Of a DNA stretch of 37,506 nucleotides, positions 8,845 through 19,087 are shown in pieces. The notes under the pieces were generated by a model. It did not search any database. It was not told the DNA's origin and saw nothing but the letters and a program-made list of their open reading frames with translations. The DNA lies in contig CAXHBG010000003.1 of assembly GCA_964015055.1 (NCBI GenBank), positions 1-37,506 of the forward strand. The letters run 5' to 3'. A program made the translations under genes and the position numbers. The stretch comes from an uncultured Thermoplasmata archaeon. GTDB lineage: Archaea; Thermoplasmatota; Poseidoniia; MGIII; CG-Epi1. Within the stretch, counting starts at the first letter, position 1. The number at the start of each line of letters is the position of its first letter.

Positions 8845-10071
8845 ATGTCAAATTCGTCAGTTACATGCGTTAACGGAAAATTAGAAGTCCCAAATAACCC
8901 AATTATTCCAGTCATAATCGGGGATGGAATCGGTTTAGACGTCACTCCTGTAGCCACCAAAGTTTTGGATGCAGCAGTTTCAAAAGCCTACTCTGGTGAA
9001 AAGTCTATTTCTTGGGAAGAGGTACATGCTGGCGAAGCTGCTTTTGAGGAAACTGGTGAATGGCTTCCTAAATCTACCCTTGATTCTATTAGGAAGTATT
9101 TGGTTGCTCTTAAGGGACCATTAACCACTCCTGTAGGAGGCGGATTTAGGAGCCTTAATGTAACATTAAGACAAAAATTAGATCTTTTCGCGTGTGTTAG
9201 GCCAGTAGTTTGGTTTGAAGGAGTTCCTAGTCCCGTAAGGAATCCTGAGAAAGTTGACATGGTCATTTTCAGGGAAAACACAGAGGATATCTATGCTGGA
9301 ATTGAGTGGCAAGCAGGAACAAAAGAAGTTTCTAAGGTTATGAAATTTCTTGAAGAAGATATGGGAGTATCGCAAATTAGGTTTCCATCAACGAGCTCCT
9401 TGGGCGTTAAGCCTGTTTCTAGTGAAGGAACCAAGAGACTTGTTAGAGCTTCGTTAAACTATGCAATTGATAATGATAAATCATCAGTTACTCTAGTTCA
9501 TAAAGGAAATATTATGAAATATACTGAAGGTGGCTTCAGAGATTGGGGATATGAAATTTCACGAGAAGAATTTGGAGCTATTCCACTTGATGGAGGGCCT
9601 TGGCATGTCTTTAAAAATCCAAAGACAGGTAAAGATATAATCGTTAAGGACGTAATTGCAGATGCAATGCTCCAGCAAATCTTGACTCGGCCTTCTGAGT
9701 ATGATGTTATAACAACATTGAACCTAAACGGGGATTACATTTCGGATGCTTTAGCTGCTCAAGTAGGGGGGATTGGTATAGCTCCAGGTGCAAACATAAA
9801 TTATGATTCAGGCCATGCTTTGTTTGAGGCTACTCATGGCACAGCTCCAAAATATGCTGGGCAGGATAAAGTAAATCCAGGTTCAGTCATTCTATCTGGT
9901 GAAATGCTTTTAAGATATCTTGGTTGGAAAGAGGCTGCAGATTTAATTATCGAAGGTATGCAGAAGACTATCGGGGCTAAAACAGTTACATATGACTTTG
10001 AGAGGCTAATGGATGGTGCTAAATTGTTAAAATGTAGTGAATTTGGTAATGCCATTATTGAAAACTTGTGA
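8845..10071 (+). CDS. icd: NADP-dependent isocitrate dehydrogenase
   Basis: [59 protein letters not shown] at 8845 with TTTATA about 27 nt upstream. Confidence 0.95.
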   Translation: MSNSSVTCVNGKLEVPNNPIIPVIIGDGIGLDVTPVATKVLDAAVSKAYSGEKSISWEEVHAGEAAFEETGEWLPKSTLDSIRKYLVALKGPLTTPVGGGFRSLNVTLRQKLDLFACVRPVVWFEGVPSPVRNPEKVDMVIFRENTEDIYAGIEWQAGTKEVSKVMKFLEEDMGVSQIRFPSTSSLGVKPVSSEGTKRLVRASLNYAIDNDKSSVTLVHKGNIMKYTEGGFRDWGYEISREEFGAIPLDGGPWHVFKNPKTGKDIIVKDVIADAMLQQILTRPSEYDVITTLNLNGDYISDALAAQVGGIGIAPGANINYDSGHALFEATHGTAPKYAGQDKVNPGSVILSGEMLLRYLGWKEAADLIIEGMQKTIGAKTVTYDFERLMDGAKLLKCSEFGNAIIENL

Positions 10072-11033
10072 ATCTCCAAGAAATCAAGAATATTGCGACT
10101 TCTGAAGAGCTAATTGATAGAGCATTACGTAGAGCATCAAAAGTCGAGGAAAAGGTTAGAAATCCAGATTACAGGGCAAGGCTTACTGCAGTTAGAAAAA
10201 TTCACTCAGTAGCAGATAATTTGGCTAATCCCATGTTTAGTTATGTTAAAGCATTTCCATCTTTTGACAGTATTCACCCTTTTGACAGAGAGATTATTGA
10301 TCTTACAGTAGGCGTTGATATGCTCAAAAAATCTTTGGGAGCAATTGACTGGGCCAGAAAAGAGGTATTGATGATTTCAACTAAGTATGTGCCTCGAGCC
10401 AGGGCGAGGAAGAGTGCAGAGAATACTATTAAAATTATGAGTGAGGCCTATACAAAGATGACTAACGTTGTAAGACAAATCTCTAAAAGTTTTGATTTTT
10501 TAATTTCGGCAAGATCAATTTTTCGTAATCTTCCCAATGTTGATACTGAGTCACCAATTGCAGTTTTTGCTGGAGCGCCTAACGTAGGTAAATCTAGTTT
10601 GATAGGTGCAGTTTCTTCAGGTAAGCCAGAAGTGAAAAGTTATCCTTTTACAACAAAGGCAGTATCTCTAGGCCACATTAAGAAAAAATATACAGTTTTG
10701 CAAGTTATGGACACCCCAGGCTTGTTAGATCGTCCAGATTTGGAAAGAAATGATATGGAAAAGCAAGGTATAGCTGCTTTTGATTATTTAGAGCCTGTAA
10801 TCGTTTTTTTGACAGACTTAACAGGGACTTCCGGATATTCAATTGAAATGCAAGCTAATTTGCGCGATGAATTAAAACTAAGATATCCTAATTGTCAATG
10901 GATTGATGTATTCAGTAAGAAAGATTTAGTTTATGAAAATGAAGCCAATTTCGGAGATGCAATTGAAGTATCAGCCTACATGGAAGAAGGTATTGATTTT
11001 TTCAAAGATAAGTTGCTAGAATCTATTCCTTGA
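10068..11033 (+). CDS. NOG1/Obg-family GTP-binding protein
   Basis: NOG1-type helical N-domain ([10 protein letters not shown]), [26 protein letters not shown] overlap with the icd stop. Confidence 0.9.
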   Translation: MNLQEIKNIATSEELIDRALRRASKVEEKVRNPDYRARLTAVRKIHSVADNLANPMFSYVKAFPSFDSIHPFDREIIDLTVGVDMLKKSLGAIDWARKEVLMISTKYVPRARARKSAENTIKIMSEAYTKMTNVVRQISKSFDFLISARSIFRNLPNVDTESPIAVFAGAPNVGKSSLIGAVSSGKPEVKSYPFTTKAVSLGHIKKKYTVLQVMDTPGLLDRPDLERNDMEKQGIAAFDYLEPVIVFLTDLTGTSGYSIEMQANLRDELKLRYPNCQWIDVFSKKDLVYENEANFGDAIEVSAYMEEGIDFFKDKLLESIP

Positions 11034-12456
11034 CCTTCATGTCATGAGTGTCGCCCACTATGCTTTGAGTGTAAGGCGACATGAGTTCAATGGTTGCTTT
11101 CTCATGATACTCTTTTAAGTTCATACATCCTGTGTTGCTCAATGCAGCTTTAATTTTACGAATGTCTTGTTTTAGCTTTGGCTTTAATCTTCCCCAATTT
11201 TCTACAGTTCCTTCTTCACCTTCAGCGAAAAAGGTTTTTCGAGCTACGTGTCCATATCTATCTAAGTTCCTTGCACGGGCAGATCCTTCGCCCCAGGTTG
11301 CTACATATTTTATGTCAGGCTCGTGTGTAGTTTGTTGCATGTTCGCATCATATTTTTCACCTTCAGCCTCAAAAAAGTGATTAAAATATCCCCCCATCAT
11401 AACTGCATCGGCAATACTTAGCGCAATAATCATACTCCCTGCATCAGATACGCCTCCGTCAATTACAATTGAAACATATTTGCCAGATTCTTTTAGGTAA
11501 TCTGCTCTAGCCCTTTCAACTTCCATTAAAGCAGTCATAGGCGCTCGTCCAGTAGCTTTTTCTCTCTGCGTTGTACAGATTGAACCAGATGACATACCTA
11601 CTTTGATAACATCAGCTCCGCTTTCCATGAGAAATTTAGCACCTTCATACGTAATTACATTACCTGCACAAATGGGTTTGCCAAGTTTTAATTTTGCGTA
11701 GTCTTTTAGAACCTTTGATGTAAATTCATTGTAAGCATCTGAAGTATCAATAACAAATATATCTGCACCGGCTTCATCGCAAGCTTTTACGCGTTTCTTC
11801 CAGCCTTGGTGCGTTGATATTGCTGCACCTACTACTATATTTTCCACGTCCTTTTTGAAAGCAATTTTTACTAAACGACCTAAATCATCTAGTACAATCA
11901 AATAATTATTTTCTTCTAATTCCTTTTTTGCTTGTTTAACTGTTATTTCGGAGTTCTTTGTATGGGGTAACTCCTCTACACTTGTCATAATTGATAGAAC
12001 ATTTTCAGCAGGAGTCTCATTACTTTCTAAATATTTATCAAAATTAAATAACCCTAAAAATACATTATTTCTGTCAGTTACAGGTATTTTTGAGTGACCA
12101 TGCTTTTCAACTAATCTCACAGCTTCATCTATAGTGGCATTGTCTCTTACAGATACAGGATCTTCGACAAACCCCATTTCATATCCCTTAATCTTATTGA
12201 TAATATCAACTTGCTCTTTTACAGATAATCTAGCAGGTAAAACGCCTAACCCACCTTCTTTACCTAGTGCTAGAGCCATTTCAAATCCAGTTACAGATGT
12301 CATAGCGGCACTCAAAAAAGGAATGCCTAGGCTTAGTGGGCCTAAATTAGATTTCAAGTTAATACTGTTTAAATTACAATTTTTCGACGTGTAGTCTGTT
12401 AAAAGACTAAATTCACTAAAAGTTCGTCCGGCTTCTAATATTACTTTCTTAGCCAT
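11023..12456 (-). CDS. guaB: IMP dehydrogenase with CBS pair
   Basis: SAAM..V, CBS region, IDTS, AGNV, catalytic loop SGSICTT, DGG, WGEGS.RARN, flap RY, EG.EG. Confidence 0.85.
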   Translation of the reverse strand: MAKKVILEAGRTFSEFSLLTDYTSKNCNLNSINLKSNLGPLSLGIPFLSAAMTSVTGFEMALALGKEGGLGVLPARLSVKEQVDIINKIKGYEMGFVEDPVSVRDNATIDEAVRLVEKHGHSKIPVTDRNNVFLGLFNFDKYLESNETPAENVLSIMTSVEELPHTKNSEITVKQAKKELEENNYLIVLDDLGRLVKIAFKKDVENIVVGAAISTHQGWKKRVKACDEAGADIFVIDTSDAYNEFTSKVLKDYAKLKLGKPICAGNVITYEGAKFLMESGADVIKVGMSSGSICTTQREKATGRAPMTALMEVERARADYLKESGKYVSIVIDGGVSDAGSMIIALSIADAVMMGGYFNHFFEAEGEKYDANMQQTTHEPDIKYVATWGEGSARARNLDRYGHVARKTFFAEGEEGTVENWGRLKPKLKQDIRKIKAALSNTGCMNLKEYHEKATIELMSPYTQSIVGDTHDMKVKE

Positions 12457-12489
12457 ATTCTCCCTTAGTAAGGAGATTTATTAAACTAT

Positions 12490-13539
12490 CTAACTTACCT
12501 CATGTGAGGTATAAATTTCATTTGTAGTTATAGTAACTCTCACGAAAGTAGTGCACTTGGGCAGATCTTTGATTCTTCTAGCTCCAACATATGAACATGC
12601 AGATCTTACGCCACCAAGAATTGACTGAATTGTATTTTCAACTTTACCCTTGTATGGAACTTTTACTTCTTTGCCCTCAGGAGCCCTATGCTTTGCTACC
12701 CCACCAAAATAGGTAGTCATAGCTTTTTCAGAGCTCATTCCATAAAATATCTTACTTTTTGTTCCATCCTCATCTTCAATAAGTTCGCCACTAGACTCAG
12801 CATGTCCGGCTAACATACCTCCTAACATTACAAAATCAGCTCCAGCTGCAAAGGCTTTTGCAATGTCTCCAGGAGATGTACATCCTCCATCGGACATAAC
12901 ATGTCCGCTTAACCCATGTGCAGCGTCTGCACATTCAGATATTGCAGATAATTGAGGATATCCTACTCCAGCAACCTTTCGCGTTGTACAAACGGAACCT
13001 GGACCTATTCCTACTTTTACAATATCAGCTCCGGCTAAAATAAGAGCTTCAGTCATTTCTCTTGTTGCAACATTGCCAGCGATAATTATTTTATCATTAA
13101 ATTCTTTTCTTACCTTTCTAACAAACTGGAGGAAATCTTCTCTATATCCATTTGCAACATCAAGGCAAATGTATTGCAAATTTTTATGAATAGCCATTTT
13201 TCGCCTCAATAATTCCATACTTTCCTCAGTAGATCCTGAAGTTATAGCAATGTAATAAGGGTCCATTCCACCCTGAATCGCTTTTTTTATTTCTTTAACA
13301 GAATAGAACTTCTGCAAACAGGTAAGTAATTTATCTTTTTGCAGTTCATTAGCCATTTCGAAAGTTCCTGTTGTATCCATGTTAGCAGCTACAACAGGTA
13401 TTCCTTTCCATTCACGTTCAGTGTGCCTGAATTTGAACACTCTAGATAGTGAAACCTCTGAACGAGATTTTAGCGTACTGCGCTTTGGTCTAATCAGAAC
13501 ATCTCTGAAGGTTAGCTTTAGGTCGTCATCTATTCTCAT
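12490..13539 (-). CDS. guaC: GMP reductase (type 1, E. coli/eukaryote-like)
   Basis: [58 protein letters not shown]. Confidence 0.93.
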   Translation of the reverse strand: MRIDDDLKLTFRDVLIRPKRSTLKSRSEVSLSRVFKFRHTEREWKGIPVVAANMDTTGTFEMANELQKDKLLTCLQKFYSVKEIKKAIQGGMDPYYIAITSGSTEESMELLRRKMAIHKNLQYICLDVANGYREDFLQFVRKVRKEFNDKIIIAGNVATREMTEALILAGADIVKVGIGPGSVCTTRKVAGVGYPQLSAISECADAAHGLSGHVMSDGGCTSPGDIAKAFAAGADFVMLGGMLAGHAESSGELIEDEDGTKSKIFYGMSSEKAMTTYFGGVAKHRAPEGKEVKVPYKGKVENTIQSILGGVRSACSYVGARRIKDLPKCTTFVRVTITTNEIYTSHEVS

Positions 13540-13583
13540 CTTTCCCCTAGTGTGTCTGATTCAGTCCTATAAATTGTTTGCTC

Positions 13584-14102
13584 TTAATTTATATCTTCAG
13601 GTTCCATGACCATTACATCTTTCAGCTGTCTATATTTTTCATCATAATCTAGACCATAGCCAACTACAAATTCAGGAGGGATTTCGAATCCTACATAATC
13701 AACTTCAAAATCTAGTTTAGCTACTTCTTTTTTAAATAATATAGTAGCAACAGATACTGATTTAGGTCCAGAATTTCTTAATCTATTAACCAAAAAGTTT
13801 ATTGTGAATCCAGAATCAATAATGTCTTCAACAATTATTACATCTTTCCCATCGATATCTGCAGAGATATCTTTTCTAAATTTGATAGTTCCAGTCGATG
13901 AATCACCTTCGTATGATCTTATTTTTACAAAATCAACTTCTATGTCTAAGGTTATTTCTCGAAGAAGATCAGCCATGAAAACATAGCAACCATTTAAAAT
14001 TCCAACGAAAATAGGTTTTTTTCCTTTATAATCTTCATTAATCTTGTTTGCTAGCGTTTTTACACGTTTTTTAATTTCAGATTCAGAGATTAATAATTTC
14101 AT
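13584..14102 (-). CDS. hpt: Hypoxanthine phosphoribosyltransferase
   Basis: PRPP motif IIVEDIIDSGFT, FMADL, FVVGYGLDY. Confidence 0.93.
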   Translation of the reverse strand: MKLLISESEIKKRVKTLANKINEDYKGKKPIFVGILNGCYVFMADLLREITLDIEVDFVKIRSYEGDSSTGTIKFRKDISADIDGKDVIIVEDIIDSGFTINFLVNRLRNSGPKSVSVATILFKKEVAKLDFEVDYVGFEIPPEFVVGYGLDYDEKYRQLKDVMVMEPEDIN

Positions 14103-14104
14103 GA

Positions 14105-14638
14105 CTAATATTTCACTATGGAATGAACATTATATTGGTTTAGTTTTTTTCTTCCTTCTAGAAATTCTAGTTCGATTAAAACAACAAATCCAGAGATATT
14201 GCCCTTTAGTTTAGAAACTAGCTTGCAGGTGGCTTCAGCAGTTCCTCCTGTGGCTAATAAATCATCTACTATCAGAACATTTTGTCCCTCATTAATAGAA
14301 TCCTTATGTATTTCTAGTGAATCTTTACCATACTCTAATTGGTAAGATATTTGTTCAGTTTCGTGGGGAAGTTTACCAGGTTTTCTTACTGGTACAAAGC
14401 TTGCGTTTAACTTATCTGCAATTGGTGTTCCAAATATGAAGCCTCTAGATTCGATGCCGACGACAACATCAATTTTATTTTCAGTAAATGGTTCAACCAT
14501 TAAATCAATTGATTTACGGAATAAGTTGATGTCCGATAGTACAGGTGTTATATCTTTGAATACAATACCTTTCTTTGGAAAGTCCGGGACATCCCTAATA
14601 CTGCTTGCGATTTTGTTAATATTTTTCTCATAAGACAT
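14105..14638 (-). CDS. apt: Adenine phosphoribosyltransferase
   Basis: DFPKKGIVFKDIT, ESRGF, RKPGKLP, LEYG, IVDDLLATGGT. Confidence 0.95.
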   Translation of the reverse strand: MSYEKNINKIASSIRDVPDFPKKGIVFKDITPVLSDINLFRKSIDLMVEPFTENKIDVVVGIESRGFIFGTPIADKLNASFVPVRKPGKLPHETEQISYQLEYGKDSLEIHKDSINEGQNVLIVDDLLATGGTAEATCKLVSKLKGNISGFVVLIELEFLEGRKKLNQYNVHSIVKY

Positions 14639-14657
14639 AGTCTACTAACTGCGTATT

Positions 14658-14683
14658 TCTCCTGAGCATTTAAGCCCAGGAGA
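14658..14683 (-). terminator. 10-bp stem-loop between the permease and apt
   Basis: The minus-strand transcript reads UCUCCUGGGC-UUAAAU-GCUCAGGAGA; one G.U pair forms only on this strand. Confidence 0.5.
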
Positions 14684-14705
14684 TTATTTGTTTTTATCTA
14701 ATGAC

Positions 14706-16211
14706 TTAGTTTAGTAAGTCAAAGATGTAATCAAAAGTTGTTTGATCACCAGGCCCTAGATAGAACATAGTCATTAGGACAGTTATGATCATCAAAATTT
14801 GATTCTTTATTATTTCTTCGTGTTTCCCAACAGCTAACTTGATAGCTACGTAAGAGATTACTCCCCATGCGATACCGTCTGCGATAGAGTATGCGAAAGG
14901 CATCAGGGCAATAGTTAGGAAAGCAGGAATTGCGATTTCGATATCATCCCACTTGATGTCACCTACTCCACGCATCATCATTGCTCCAATCACCATTAAT
15001 GCTGGGGCTGTTGCGTATGCTGGAATTGCTATAAAGACATCTGAGAAGAAAACTCCTAGTAAGAACAAGAAGCCTACAACAACTGCTGTCAATCCAGTCT
15101 TACCGCCTTCTTCAATTCCTGAAGCTGATTCAATGTACGTTGTTACAGTACTTGTACCCATGACAGCACCGATTGTTGTTCCGGCTGCGTCAGCCATAAA
15201 AGCTTCATCAGCGTTTTCTAGTTCGTCGTTGTCATTAACTTTTCCTGCCATTCTACCTACTCCATACAGAGTACCAGCAGTATCGAAAATATCGACAAAG
15301 AAGAATGCTATTACAACCATTAAGAATGATCCCCATCCACCATATGTTGATCCATCAATAGGATCTCCAGCACTTCCTAGTGCGCCAAAGACAGCACCTA
15401 CAGTGTCCGATGGGTTATCTGGTGTTGAGAATATTTCGGAAGGATAATCAGAACCTGGAACTATTGCCCATCCGATAAAACTAATGGCTAAAATACCAAT
15501 CATAATTGCGCCTTTTTGTTCTCTAGCCATCAATGCACCCATTGCTACGAGTCCAATTAAGGCCCAGAACTGGCCAGTTTCATGTGTCCAAGAGCCTGCG
15601 TCTGTAAAGTCTATTAGGGTTGCAGGATTGTCAACAATCCATCCTGCATTTTGCATGCCTATTATGGTAAGGAAAAGACCTATACCTGCCATAGTTGCAA
15701 TTTTGAGATCTTTAGGAATAGCATTAATCATTGCTGTACGGGCTCCAGCATAAGAAAGTCCAACGAAAAGTAGACCTTCTACAAAAACTGCAGCTAAAGC
15801 AATATCCCATGGTACACCCATTCCAAAACATACAGTGTACAAAAAGTATGCATTAAGCCCCATTCCTGGAGCAAGTGCAAAGGGCAAGTTTGCCCAAAGT
15901 CCCATTATAATACATGCAATAAATGAAGCTACAGCTGTAGCAACTAATGCATCATTGAATGGGATTCCCGTCTGAAAATCCGTAAATGTTATGTCAGCAC
16001 CTGACAGCATTAAAGGATTCACGATGAGGATGTAAGCCATCGTCAGGAATGTTGTCACACCTGCGCGAATTTCACCCTCTACGGAACTACCGGCTTTACT
16101 AATACCAAAGTAATCATCAAGTTGACCCATAATTCCGCCTTGAGGGGAGGAACTAGGAGCCTCTGTCACATTACTTTCAGTACTACTATTTTCTGTGTCG
16201 TCGTCACTCAT
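14706..16211 (-). CDS. NCS2/AzgA-family purine base permease
   Basis: EIRAGVTTFLTMAYI, LAPGMGLNAYF, GIGLFL, DIFDTAGT, TTYIESASG, GGKTGLTA and many TM helices. ATG at 16211 is preceded by SD-like AGGTG. Confidence 0.92.
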   Translation of the reverse strand: MSDDDTENSSTESNVTEAPSSSPQGGIMGQLDDYFGISKAGSSVEGEIRAGVTTFLTMAYILIVNPLMLSGADITFTDFQTGIPFNDALVATAVASFIACIIMGLWANLPFALAPGMGLNAYFLYTVCFGMGVPWDIALAAVFVEGLLFVGLSYAGARTAMINAIPKDLKIATMAGIGLFLTIIGMQNAGWIVDNPATLIDFTDAGSWTHETGQFWALIGLVAMGALMAREQKGAIMIGILAISFIGWAIVPGSDYPSEIFSTPDNPSDTVGAVFGALGSAGDPIDGSTYGGWGSFLMVVIAFFFVDIFDTAGTLYGVGRMAGKVNDNDELENADEAFMADAAGTTIGAVMGTSTVTTYIESASGIEEGGKTGLTAVVVGFLFLLGVFFSDVFIAIPAYATAPALMVIGAMMMRGVGDIKWDDIEIAIPAFLTIALMPFAYSIADGIAWGVISYVAIKLAVGKHEEIIKNQILMIITVLMTMFYLGPGDQTTFDYIFDLLN

Positions 16212-16294
16212 AGGTATACACCTAAACAACATTAAGTGAAGATTTCTTTTTAAATGTACCGGGTGTTTCTGAACCTAAAAATCAGTGATGTTAA

Positions 16295-17143
16295 TTATTG
16301 GCTAAGTGTTTCATAATCAGATTGTTTGAATACTGGAACATTGTTATTTTCAGCCCAAAGCTTCCATTTCCTATATTCTCTTTTTTTCATACCTTTCTTA
16401 TGGAAGTAAATTCCTTTAGAGTTTCCAGCTTTAATAGCATTCATCAGCATCTTACCAGTTAAATGAGGTATTCCATAGTTTGCTATTATGTGACCAAAAG
16501 ACACCTTATGAGACAGCGCAGCTTCAGTAAATCTTGGTGTGTAGTGCCCACCACCAAAACCTAGAACGCTTGTACCTTTTCTAAATTTAACTTCCAATAG
16601 CGATTTGATTAGGGCTTTCGCAGGTATTTTATCTTCCCATTGATTTTCTGTAGAACCAATCTCCATGAATATCGTTGGAGTCTTTAATAGAGGTCCGTGA
16701 TGTGTAGCTTCGAAACAGACATCATATCCCGTAATTTGATTTTTCTTTATTTCTCTTAATAGAGAAGTCATTATGTCAGCAGAGGGAGGCGTTACTTCTC
16801 CCTTAATACCACCATAATCGGCTTCGCCCCAGTTACCAATAGGATGTACAGTTAAACTTGGTTTGCCACTTGCAGCTTTGTGCCTGGATAGAAAAATTAT
16901 GTTGTCTATTTTAATTTCTAGTTCTTTCTCTACGATTTCGTCTATTTTTTCTGCATGAATGTGAATTTCATTGATAGTTATTAGGCGTGTCCCTTTACTA
17001 CAATAGTCACCTACAGACTCACAGATTTCCCAAACTCTATTTCCTTTAAATTTTCCGCATTCTTTCCACTTAGACATTTCCAGTAGCCTATCTCTCAAAT
17101 TTATTGACGCTGAATCTGCCTTAGAGGATATAATTAAATTCAT
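16295..17143 (-). CDS. dtdA: Archaeal D-aminoacyl-tRNA deacylase (DTD2 family)
   Basis: [31 protein letters not shown]. Confidence 0.92.
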   Translation of the reverse strand: MNLIISSKADSASINLRDRLLEMSKWKECGKFKGNRVWEICESVGDYCSKGTRLITINEIHIHAEKIDEIVEKELEIKIDNIIFLSRHKAASGKPSLTVHPIGNWGEADYGGIKGEVTPPSADIMTSLLREIKKNQITGYDVCFEATHHGPLLKTPTIFMEIGSTENQWEDKIPAKALIKSLLEVKFRKGTSVLGFGGGHYTPRFTEAALSHKVSFGHIIANYGIPHLTGKMLMNAIKAGNSKGIYFHKKGMKKREYRKWKLWAENNNVPVFKQSDYETLSQ

Positions 17144-18786
17144 AGGCCTTCAACAAGACCTACTCTTACGTTTCTCTCTTTAGCTACTTGCTTAGCACGT
17201 GAGTATCCTGCGTCTACGTGCCTCATAACTCCAGTTCCAGGATCTGTAGTCAAAACCCTTGCCAATCTCTCGTCAGCTTCTTTAGTTCCATCCGCAACGA
17301 CAACCATTCCCGAGTGTAGGGAGTATCCCATTCCAACACCACCCCCATGATGAAAGCTAACCCACGACGCACCAGATGCTGTATTCAATAATGCATTTAG
17401 AATTGGCCAGTCAGCTACAGCGTCACTGCCATCTTTCATTCCCTCAGTTTCTCTGTTTGGAGAAGCTACAGATCCAGAATCTAGATGATCTCTTCCAATC
17501 ACAAGAGGTGCCTTTACTTTTCCAGACTTTACTAACTCATTAAACGCAAGTCCGGCTTTTTTTCTTTCTCCATAGCCAAGCCAGCAAATTCTGGCAGGTA
17601 ATCCTTGAAAGCTAATTCTTTTTTGGGCCATTTTTACCCATTTTGCGAGGGCTTTATCTTCAGGGAATAATTCTAGCATAACTTTGTCAGTTTCCAAAAT
17701 GTCGCTTGGATCTCCAGATAAAGCAGCCCAGCGGAATGGTCCTTTTCCTTCACAAAATAGAGGCCTGATGTAAGCAGGAACGAATCCAGGAAAGTCAAAA
17801 GCATTCTTTACTCCAGCTTCTTTAGCCCTTTCTCGCAAATTGTTTCCATAGTCAAAAGTATGAGCTCCTCTATCTTTTAATTTTAACATGTGCTTAACAT
17901 GTGTTCCCATACTTTCATAACTTAATTTAATGTATTTATCAGGGTCCTGCTCTCTCAACTTATCAGCTTCTGTATTGGTCAATCTATGCGGTATGTAGCC
18001 TACTAGAGGATCATGTGCGGAGGTTTGATCGGTAAGTAAATCAGGGGTTACATTTCTCTCTATTAGCCTATCTAATAAGTCAATGATGTTTGCTTTAACT
18101 GCCATCGATTTTGCTATGTTATTTTCTTTCCACTCAATAGCAGTGTCAATTGCATAATCAATGTCATCAGTCATTTCGTCACAATATTTAGTATCTATTC
18201 GTTTTTGAATTCTTTCTTCATCCATCTCAGCAGCCAGAAATGTTCCTCCATTCATCGTAGCTGCAAGTGGTTGCGCACCACCCATTCCACCTAGACCTCC
18301 TGTAACGACTAGCTTACCTTCCAAACTACCTTCAAAATGCTGCCTTGCAGCTTCCGCAAATGTTTCAAAAGTTCCTTGAAGAATTCCTTGAGAACCGATG
18401 TAAATCCAAGAGCCTGCAGTCATTTGCCCATACATCATAAGTCCTTCTTTCTCAAGTTTATCAAAATGCTCCCAATTAGCCCAATTTCCAACTAAATTTG
18501 AATTTGCGATTAAAACTCTTGGTGCGTTTGTATGTGTTTTAAAAATTCCAACAGGTTTCCCGCTCTGCACAAGCAGAGTTTCATCATTTTCCAAACCTTG
18601 AAGTGAACTAACAATTGCATTATAGCACTCAATGTTTCGTGCAGCTTTTCCCCTGCCTCCGTAAACTATCAAATCTTCAGGTCTTTCGGCAACCTCAGGA
18701 TCTAAATTATTCATTAACATTCTGAGGGCAGCCTCTTGCAGCCAGCCTTTGCAACTCATATCAGTCCCATGTGGAGCTTTAACCAT
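17140..18786 (-). CDS. hutU: Urocanate hydratase
   Basis: [60 protein letters not shown]. Confidence 0.97.
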   Translation of the reverse strand: MVKAPHGTDMSCKGWLQEAALRMLMNNLDPEVAERPEDLIVYGGRGKAARNIECYNAIVSSLQGLENDETLLVQSGKPVGIFKTHTNAPRVLIANSNLVGNWANWEHFDKLEKEGLMMYGQMTAGSWIYIGSQGILQGTFETFAEAARQHFEGSLEGKLVVTGGLGGMGGAQPLAATMNGGTFLAAEMDEERIQKRIDTKYCDEMTDDIDYAIDTAIEWKENNIAKSMAVKANIIDLLDRLIERNVTPDLLTDQTSAHDPLVGYIPHRLTNTEADKLREQDPDKYIKLSYESMGTHVKHMLKLKDRGAHTFDYGNNLRERAKEAGVKNAFDFPGFVPAYIRPLFCEGKGPFRWAALSGDPSDILETDKVMLELFPEDKALAKWVKMAQKRISFQGLPARICWLGYGERKKAGLAFNELVKSGKVKAPLVIGRDHLDSGSVASPNRETEGMKDGSDAVADWPILNALLNTASGASWVSFHHGGGVGMGYSLHSGMVVVADGTKEADERLARVLTTDPGTGVMRHVDAGYSRAKQVAKERNVRVGLVEGL

Positions 18787-18857
18787 ATGGTATATTGTAA
18801 CACCCTCTAAATTAAATATATTTCTACGAATATTTTAAAAAAACCCGCTTATTTAAC

Positions 18858-18920
18858 GGTAGCTGCTCCCGGCGGGCCCCCTCCCACCTCCCAACCTGTC
18901 GGTTGAGCGGCAACATTTTT
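18858..18920 (+). ncRNA. Candidate small non-coding RNA: single GC-rich hairpin with a C-rich loop
   Basis: About 17 bp of stem with three G.U pairs on the + strand, an 18-nt loop CCCCCUCCCACCUCCCAA, upstream TTTTAAAA (18833-18840) and a downstream T5. Function is inferred. Confidence 0.55.
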
Positions 18921-18943
18921 AAATTCAATTTTAATTGTAAAGT

Positions 18944-19087
18944 ATGATTAATCACAGGACATATACAAATTACATACGTTGTTCATGTGGGTTTGTAGGT
19001 GAATCAATAGAGGCGAGACAACACAGAGAATGTCCCCAGTGCCATTCTGTAGTTGAGGCCTGCTGTGAAGGAAATAATTGTAATTAA
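18944..19087 (+). CDS. 47-aa Cys-rich zinc-ribbon-like microprotein (not in the ORF track)
   Basis: Manual translation: MINHRTYTNYIRCSCGFVGESIEARQHRECPQCHSVVEACCEGNNCN*. TTTTAAA lies about 21-27 nt upstream. The stop overlaps the sdhB stop by 4 nt (TTAA). Confidence 0.7.
   Translation: MINHRTYTNYIRCSCGFVGESIEARQHRECPQCHSVVEACCEGNNCN

Noticed and set aside
14953-15753. Long antisense ORFs (e.g. 14953-15447, 26789-27199, 8394-8747, 591-869)
   Set aside because: They lie wholly opposite well-conserved genes, have no motifs, and are typical codon-bias shadows.
16212-16294. Purine riboswitch upstream of the permease
   Set aside because: The gap is short and AT-rich, lacks the aptamer core, and has a TATA-like TTTAAAAA about 40 nt from the start.
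18858-18920. Hairpin as H/ACA guide (ACA follows the stem; gar1 is in the window), SECIS, tRNA or SRP fragment
   Set aside because: No pseudouridylation pocket or K-turn, no GAA/A SECIS loop, no cloverleaf or T-loop, and too short for SRP RNA.
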